From a virus, in IMG/VR virus record IMGVR_UViG_3300025913_000032, positions 5,381 to 69,380 of that record: a DNA stretch of 64,000 nucleotides; one strand, written 5' to 3'. Below are positions 57,668 to 64,000 of this stretch, in pieces. A model generated the notes under the pieces. That model was not told the origin of the DNA and did no database searches. It saw only the letters and a program-made list of their open reading frames with translations. A program made the translations under genes and the position numbers. The stretch's first letter is position 1; each line of letters starts with the position of its first letter.

Positions 57668-58592
57668 TTATTCACATAGCCAATTGGACAGTTACAAACT
57701 CTGTCCACTGCGCTACTTCTACGAGTACGAGGTCGGGTTGCGGAAACGGGGCGACGAGTCATCCGATCATCACCTCAGATTCGGCGAAGCGATTCACGAG
57801 GGGTTACGACATCTTTATCTAGGCGACAGCCTACGAGCCGCCCAGGACGCATTTCTCGCCACCTATCCGGTTCAACTGGACCCCACCGACTTAGCAAAGA
57901 CAAGAGAGAACGGTGTGGTGGCGCTTGCCGCCTACGCACGTCGGTGGGCTGATGAGGATCGAAAGTGGAAGGTCGTCTCCTGCGAGAAGGCTGACTCGCG
58001 TGACGACGGGCACGTGGTCCATCTTGACCTTGTAATGGAGAACCTTGACATCGGCGGGATCTACGGGTTCGACCACAAGACCACTGGGAAATATCTCAAC
58101 CCCGACTACTGGGTGCAGTTCAATCCGAATAGCCAAATCACCCAGTACGTAAAGTTCGTGAAGGAGCGGTACGGGGAGTGTGACGGTTTCTATGTCAACG
58201 CGCTGAGTTTTCGGTTTCGCCAACACGCCTATAAAGGTGAGCCAGCCGGATTCTGGTACGCGTTTGAGCGGCAGATGTTTAATCGCAATGAGGGGCAGCT
58301 GGCGATAGAACAGGAGTCGGAAAGGGATTGGATAGCGGATATTGAACGTAGTCGTCAAACTGGCGTGTGGCGTATCAACACCAACTCCTGCCGGTTCTGT
58401 TCCTACCGGGCCATCTGCGGTGCCGGGTGGAGTTACCCGACCGATGAAGAGTTAATCGAAGTTCAGTACCGGAGGGTTTGTAATCAGATGACCAGCGAAC
58501 TCCGTCGTTGTGTGCTGGACCGAGAGCACGATGGACCTTGCGATGACGTTGTTCTATACGATGCGCCGATGGTGGTGGAAGTAGAAGTTTAA
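57657..58592 (+). CDS. PD-(D/E)XK exonuclease (RecB/Cas4-like)
   Basis: SHSQLDSYKLCPLRY, FGEAIH, DHKTTG, QITQY, CRFCSYRAIC. Confidence 0.88.
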   Translation: MAASYSHSQLDSYKLCPLRYFYEYEVGLRKRGDESSDHHLRFGEAIHEGLRHLYLGDSLRAAQDAFLATYPVQLDPTDLAKTRENGVVALAAYARRWADEDRKWKVVSCEKADSRDDGHVVHLDLVMENLDIGGIYGFDHKTTGKYLNPDYWVQFNPNSQITQYVKFVKERYGECDGFYVNALSFRFRQHAYKGEPAGFWYAFERQMFNRNEGQLAIEQESERDWIADIERSRQTGVWRINTNSCRFCSYRAICGAGWSYPTDEELIEVQYRRVCNQMTSELRRCVLDREHDGPCDDVVLYDAPMVVEVEV

Positions 58593-58610
58593 CCGACAAC
58601 AGAGGAACCT

Positions 58611-59483
58611 ATGCCAACAGCCGCTGAATTCTTAAAAGCTGATCCGATCTACATCCTTCTGGTCAATGGACCACCGGACGCGGGTAAAACCGACCTTGCG
58701 CTGACCTTTCCCGATAACTATGTCATCGCCTGCGATCCAGTGGGGCTGGAGTTTCTAAAGCTACAACGAGCACGAAGCGTTCAACTAGCAAAGAACCTGG
58801 TACACGTGGAAGAGTTCAACAGTGAACAGTCCAGTGAGCTGAAAGATGCATTTCGTCGCACCAACAAGCCTGACGAACGGTCGTCAATCTACGGGATACT
58901 GGCGCACGCTAAGCAGCTAGCGACCGAGGGCAAGATTAAAACCATCACTCTCGACGGTCTAACCTTCTTTATGCAGATGAAGTGGGCGCAGATAAAGGCG
59001 AACCCGGCGAACGATGCGAACAAGTTTGCCGCGTTTGAGGCGTTATCAATCTTTCTCAATGAGTTCATTCGGGCCGACTTCCTGACGATGGCCACGAGGC
59101 TGCGACTCAATGTTGTGATGACGTGCCACATTCAGCGTGAGAGTGATGAGGCAATGGAGAAGAAAACGGTGAAGGACAGCGACATTGCGCCTCGGATTAT
59201 CGGCAGTTTTAGAAACACGATCGACGGGTTGCCGGGTGCGGTTATCTACCTTGAGCACAAGGTGGCGAAAGATGCTCAGGGGAACCAAACCCTCAACTAC
59301 TGGGCCTACTGCCAGAAGACACCGGCGATGCAGACGATCATCCAAGCAAAGAACAAGTACGGTTTGCCGCCGAAGATCGACATTACGAACAAGAGTTTTT
59401 ACGACATTCTTACGACGACCGCGCGCAACGGTGCCGCTAAAGCGCCAACGGCAGCCACCGCCCGGCCCGCCACGTCGTCGTAG
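58611..59483 (+). CDS. Sak4-like (AAA_24) single-strand annealing ATPase
   Basis: LVNGPPDAGKT, TITLDGLT, VVMTCH, AKNKYGLP; exonuclease-ATPase-SSB synteny. Confidence 0.8.
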   Translation: MPTAAEFLKADPIYILLVNGPPDAGKTDLALTFPDNYVIACDPVGLEFLKLQRARSVQLAKNLVHVEEFNSEQSSELKDAFRRTNKPDERSSIYGILAHAKQLATEGKIKTITLDGLTFFMQMKWAQIKANPANDANKFAAFEALSIFLNEFIRADFLTMATRLRLNVVMTCHIQRESDEAMEKKTVKDSDIAPRIIGSFRNTIDGLPGAVIYLEHKVAKDAQGNQTLNYWAYCQKTPAMQTIIQAKNKYGLPPKIDITNKSFYDILTTTARNGAAKAPTAATARPATSS

Positions 59484-59561
59484 TCACCGGTGCTCTAACT
59501 GAAGCCACCGTTGAGGGCTTCAATACTTTAACCAACAACCAACAGAAGCGAGGATACAACC

Positions 59562-60134
59562 ATGCCTGAACTAGATTATGGAACAGTGGACGACAGCGAG
59601 GTGCCGTTTGATGTAACGGACGAGGTGGAGGTCGGCGACCTTAGCGACCAGCAGGGAGGGGTACTGGAGCCGGTGGCGAAAGTTCACTTTACGGTGAAGA
59701 AAGCCAGTGTGAGAACCGCCGAGGACAAAGACACCAAGACCTGGATGGTGAAGCGTTTGGTCGTCGAGGCGCAGATCGGTCCCGAGGGAGTGGACGGGGA
59801 AGGGAAGTACGCGAAAAAGGTACTGTTCCCCGAGCTGGTGTTGACCTTTAACAGTCGCGACTTCCCCGAAGCATTCAAATCCCCCTGGTGGCAGAACGAG
59901 GCTCGTTATCCGACTAAGCAGTTTCTCAAGGCGATGGGCGAGGATGTAACGAACGTGAGGGTTAACGACGAGTTCCTCGGGTCGCTGATCGGTAGGGAGT
60001 TCGTTGCCGACATCAAACGACGGGAGATAAAGACCAAAGGTGGCGACGGTAAATACCACGGCACTGGGGATTTTAAGAACGAGCTGGGAAACTTCCGAGC
60101 GGTGGATTCAGGAGAAGCGGCAGCATCCGCGTAG
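59562..60134 (+). CDS. Putative single-stranded DNA-binding protein (DUF669-like)
   Basis: GKYAKKVLF, LIGREFVADIK, KNEL; position after recombinase. Confidence 0.6.
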   Translation: MPELDYGTVDDSEVPFDVTDEVEVGDLSDQQGGVLEPVAKVHFTVKKASVRTAEDKDTKTWMVKRLVVEAQIGPEGVDGEGKYAKKVLFPELVLTFNSRDFPEAFKSPWWQNEARYPTKQFLKAMGEDVTNVRVNDEFLGSLIGREFVADIKRREIKTKGGDGKYHGTGDFKNELGNFRAVDSGEAAASA

Positions 60135-60149
60135 AGGGGGACGTGGACA

Positions 60150-60587
60150 GTGGAGATGACGGCAGAGGTGAAGACATTGAACGAAGTGCGGTTCACCTTG
60201 CCGTCACTCCCGGTCACAGTGAACAGTCTCTACCAGATTCGGTGGGCCACAAAAGAGGTGTTTCTACGGCCTGAATGCTACCGGTGGAAGTCGGAATCGA
60301 AAGGTCATGTGCCGAGGTTCAAGGTTAGTGAAGGGTCATCGGTTGAAATCCATTTGACTTACTACTTTCCTTTCCACTACCGGAACGGCAAGCCGCGAGT
60401 GTTCGATGTTGCCAACTTGATTAAACTCACCTTGGATTGTATCGCTGAGAAATGTAACTTTAACGACTACATAGTGAGGTTTGGTGGATGGTCAAGCGTG
60501 GACTCGACAAACGAGAAAGTAGAAGTACTGCTAAGAGAGGTCGTTACGACGATTCCGGCGGTGAACGGGCTATCTGGCGAAACATGA
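60150..60587 (+). CDS. RusA-like Holliday junction resolvase
   Basis: LPVTVNSLY...FDVANLIKLTLDCI...NDYIV. Confidence 0.75.
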   Translation: MEMTAEVKTLNEVRFTLPSLPVTVNSLYQIRWATKEVFLRPECYRWKSESKGHVPRFKVSEGSSVEIHLTYYFPFHYRNGKPRVFDVANLIKLTLDCIAEKCNFNDYIVRFGGWSSVDSTNEKVEVLLREVVTTIPAVNGLSGET

Positions 60588-60998
60588 TTTATCGTTCTCG
60601 TAACCCGAATTCCGCTAACCGGAAATACTACAGCGAGCGAGGGGTAACTGTTTGCGATCGGTGGTTACAATCGTTCTTTAATTTCTTGGAGGACGTTGGT
60701 CCGCGACCGTCGAAAGAGCATTCATTGGATCGGTATCCCAATAAAGACGGTAATTACGAACCCCGGCAACGTTCGATGGGCCACGCCTGAACAGCAGATG
60801 TGGAATCGTCGTGATAACAGGATGATTACAATTGACGGGGAAACCAAATGCGTCGGAGAGTGGGAAAAGATTGCAGGGCTTAGACCAGACACAATTAGAG
60901 CACGACTAGCAGACGGGTGGACAGGTCGCGATCTAATTAGACCAACAAGACAGTGGAGACGTAACCGAATGGCCGCACTAACCAGGGAGGCAGGGTAA
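60488..60998 (+). pseudogene. Frameshifted HNH-like endonuclease
   Basis: RGVTVCDRW..FLEDVGPRPS..SLDR..DGNYEP | GNVRWAT..., split by an extra C at 60761-60764. Confidence 0.8.
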
Positions 60999-61003
60999 CG
61001 GGG

Positions 61004-63490
61004 GTGGTGATGGATGACGACGCAGTAACCAACGACGACCTGTACATCGTCAGCGTGCTGCTGCTCTGCGTCACCTGCCAGCAGCCAATCAAAGCGTGGA
61101 TTAACTCGCCGCAGTGGATTCGCGTCGAGTGGATCAGTCCGGCGGGGGAGTGTCAGGGGTGTCATGGTCAGCGGAAGGAGCAGGGAGATGGACGCAGTTG
61201 AGCGGGCGCGGTACAAGACGCTGGCGAATGACGCGATTATCGACACCTTTGGTACTGAGTGTCCTGAACAGCGACTGGCTGAAGCGTTAGAGAAGTGCGT
61301 GGAGGAGCTGGAGCGATTGGAAACATCACCACACTGCTCTACCTGCAACTGCGTAGATACTCGACAATCTTATCGAGCGTTTGGACTATGAGTCGACTCA
61401 ACTGGAACAACCGTCAGAACCCAACTGATTTTGATAACACTGCGCCTACGACGCCCGACTACAGCTTTGACCACCGTCGTAGTTCAGCGCCGGGGGTGCC
61501 AAGCTGGCCTGATAAGTTTGGGCCGTCCAACATCCGACGCGCGTGGAAAGCGGGACTGGTGGTAGTTGCTGAAATCGAAGGGTTCCCGCACCCGGTGGCG
61601 GTGAGTGAGGCGAGATGGACGGAGTTTGGCAAGATTCTCGAAGTGAAGACACTGGAAGGTTACCGTGTGGCCAACAGAATATGGACAAGAACCTCGGCCA
61701 AGAATCTGACCAGCAGTGGACTGCTGATCGAATAGCTGGATTGCGGTGCCAGCAGCGTGAGTCAGGCGCGTGGTGCCACGTGTTCGTTGATGGCGGGGAT
61801 GTTTGTCAGTGTGGCGCGGTGGACTTGAGAAAGGCGGGGATGCAATGACCGACACCCACTCCAGCACCGCTGCGGTGGGTGGGTGCGTGGCGCTGATTCT
61901 CGTCATCGTCGGCTACTTTGTCGGAGTAGTCACTGGCGTGTCGGTATGGCTGGTGGGGGGGGGGGTGCTGATGGATTCAGAGCGCAGCGAACGTGAACAA
62001 AAAGAGTTCCAGCGTCGTGTCGCTAACACGATGAACAAATGTGTCTACTTCAACGGTATTACGAATGAGACGTGTGATGCTGGCGTGGGCTATAAGCAGC
62101 TACTTGGCGACGGCGTCGGCTGGGCTGCTCACATGCCATGCTTCAACGATGACGGTGCAACGGTGGTTTGCCAGAAGAGACAGTTACCTACACGAGAGAC
62201 TGCTGTCGCAACCGAAGAAGACCACGACCGTCGTATTAAACAATTCATTGAAGAATTGAACAACAGTGTCTGTCCAATCTGTAAGCAGAAGGTTCAGCAG
62301 CGACAAGTTGGCCCATGCGTCTACGGTACCTGTGGACATAGGTTATATCAGGGCAAGGTCAATCCCGAATTCGCTGTCAGCGGCAAACGGATTCACTCGA
62401 CACGAAAGTTACGATGAGCACGAAACTAGCAATCGCAATCCACTGGCCCACGCTGCGCGACCGTATGAAGCAGTACCTTGATGAGCGCAATGGCAAGCTG
62501 GAGGACGAAGAACTGACACGCTCGCTGGTGTTGAGCGACTTCTTAATCTGGTTGCATGACCAGCAGCGACAACGGCGACGACAGGAGGCAACAGATGTCA
62601 GTCCACGTTAAAACTGGGCACCAGATTGACGTGCTTTACAGCGTCGGCAGCAATGGGCGCAAATACCTACAGGGAATCTTGCCACGCGGGGGCACCTTAT
62701 TGCCGTTACACGAACAGCAGGCGCAGGCGCTAGTCGATGTGTTACAGACGGTGTTGAATGAGATTGCGATACAGACGACGAAGGAGACAACCAATGACAC
62801 GACTGAGGGGTAAGACGCGACAGGTGATGGACGAGGCAGCGGCACGGGTCGCGGCAGCCGAGCAGGACGTGGAAGAGAAGACGCGCTGGCTAAGGGAAGC
62901 AGAGGCTGCGTTGAGTGCCCACAAAGACGCCTACGAGGCGTTACAGCGAGTATTCACCACCACCCCACGCCAGCCGTCCAAGCCGACGGTGACAGTGACT
63001 AAGAAGAAGCGCAGATGCGCCCGCGAGATTGGTGGCGTTGTCTGTGGTAACTTGGAGAAGTCGCAGATACATACACTGACCAGCCATCTTAGCTACCACC
63101 CTTTCGTCCCGCCTGCTCAACCTGCGGCACGCCCATCATCACCGAGCAACGGGGTGGGCACGTCTACTCCCAGTTTAGGGACGCCGCTGGCAGGTGCGCC
63201 GGATGCAGCCCACGCTTCGTCAGGAGGCGGCAGTGAGTAAGACGATTAATCAGTTCAGGGGTAAAGCAGGGACGATCTACATCCAGAAGGCGGACCCCGA
63301 TAAAATAGACGAGGGCGGTCGTGAGGTTGAGATTTGGTTTGAGAGCTTCTGCATCCTTGGCTTGGGCGGTACGGTACTGGATGCACTCAACGACGCATGG
63401 TCGCACACTGGCGACATCATGGTGCTGATTTCCGAGGCGCGGCTAAAGGTGGCCAACGACACTCAGGCCGCTGCGGGGAACGGACCGTGA
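61004..63490 (+). other. Cluster of hypothetical ORFs (61187-61391, 61388-61735, ~61971-62417, 62414-62611, 62794-63240, 63233-63490)
   Basis: Coupled ORFs with no recognised motifs. Confidence 0.5.
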
Positions 63491-64000
63491 AGAAGATTCC
63501 ATTAACGCAAGGCTATGTGGCTCTTGTCGATGACGACGATTACCCGCTGGTCTCGTCTTGTAAATGGTACGCCATGATAGACCGCCACGCGCTGAACACA
63601 AAACTGATTTACGTTCGGACCTGGATTCCCAACCCCGGCGGTAATCCGCGTGGTAGAGTTATCAGTCTGCATAGGTTGCTTATGAACGTCCTTGACCAGC
63701 CCTCGATAAAAGTTGACCATCGAAACGGTAACGGACTTGATAATCGCCGAGTGAATCTGCGCCTAGCCAGCGCAGAAGGCAACAGCAGGAACCGCCGCCA
63801 CATTCCTAACAAGAGCGGCTACAAGGGCGTAGTACGTCATGGCCCCGACACGTACGAAGCGCGTATTAGGGCTAACCACGATCGTTTGTATTTAGGGTGT
63901 TACCGAACAGCTAGAGACGCGGCTTTAGCGTACGACGACGCTGCACGCAAGTACCACGGAGAATTCGCGTGTTTAAACTTTCCACAGGAGCAACCCGATG
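63487..64000 (+). CDS. HNH-AP2 homing endonuclease (3' partial, not in ORF track)
   Basis: KIPLTQGYVALVDDDDY..LHRLLM..VDHRNGNGLDNRRVNLR..GYKGV..YLGCY..AALAYDDAARKYHGEFACLNF. Confidence 0.9.
   Translation, partial: MKKIPLTQGYVALVDDDDYPLVSSCKWYAMIDRHALNTKLIYVRTWIPNPGGNPRGRVISLHRLLMNVLDQPSIKVDHRNGNGLDNRRVNLRLASAEGNSRNRRHIPNKSGYKGVVRHGPDTYEARIRANHDRLYLGCYRTARDAALAYDDAARKYHGEFACLNFPQEQPD

Noticed and set aside
57657-58592. Cas4 as part of a CRISPR system
   Set aside because: Context (Sak4-like ATPase, SSB, RusA) indicates a phage recombination exonuclease
60975-60998. LTREAG* as the displaced end of RusA (LLREVV)
   Set aside because: Match too short to support
1-64000. Integrase, att sites, endolysin/holin, tRNA genes
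   Set aside because: None recognisable in this window, so lifestyle cannot be determined

Overview
The whole window is tailed-phage (Caudoviricetes, siphovirus-like) DNA, with no integrase, lysis gene, tRNA or CRISPR visible. The minus strand (about 43.2 kb down to 0.7 kb) carries the morphogenesis operon: TerS, TerL, HK97-type portal, minor head protein, prohead protease, HK97-fold capsid, connector and tail genes, tape measure, tail tip, several Thr-rich fibre-like proteins and a secreted-type beta-helix protein. The plus strand (43.3-64 kb) carries early and replication genes: many small ORFs, two Lar-like proteins, a PIF1/RecD-like helicase, a PD-(D/E)XK exonuclease, a Sak4-like ATPase, an SSB-like protein and a RusA-like resolvase. 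An inverted HTH / D5-like helicase / iteron module interrupts this arm. The main candidate for a new system is a glycan-building cassette inside the head module (GT25, a GT-A-like enzyme, two methyltransferases, a GT11 fucosyltransferase). It has its own divergent promoter and Cro-like regulator, and a GT4 right after the capsid gene is fused to what looks like a small head-associated protein, suggesting virion glycosylation. Three unrelated free-standing endonucleases (HNH, GIY-YIG, DUF559-like) each appear to have invaded the 3' end of a gene, supplying a new C-terminus and leaving the old one stranded. Other points are a GIY-YIG-TerS fusion, a capsid-like mini-peptide, a TnpB remnant, a +1 tail-chaperone frameshift and shared promoter motifs. 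All calls are by motif recognition and synteny only, with no database searches run; an Acidobacteria-like host is a weak inference.
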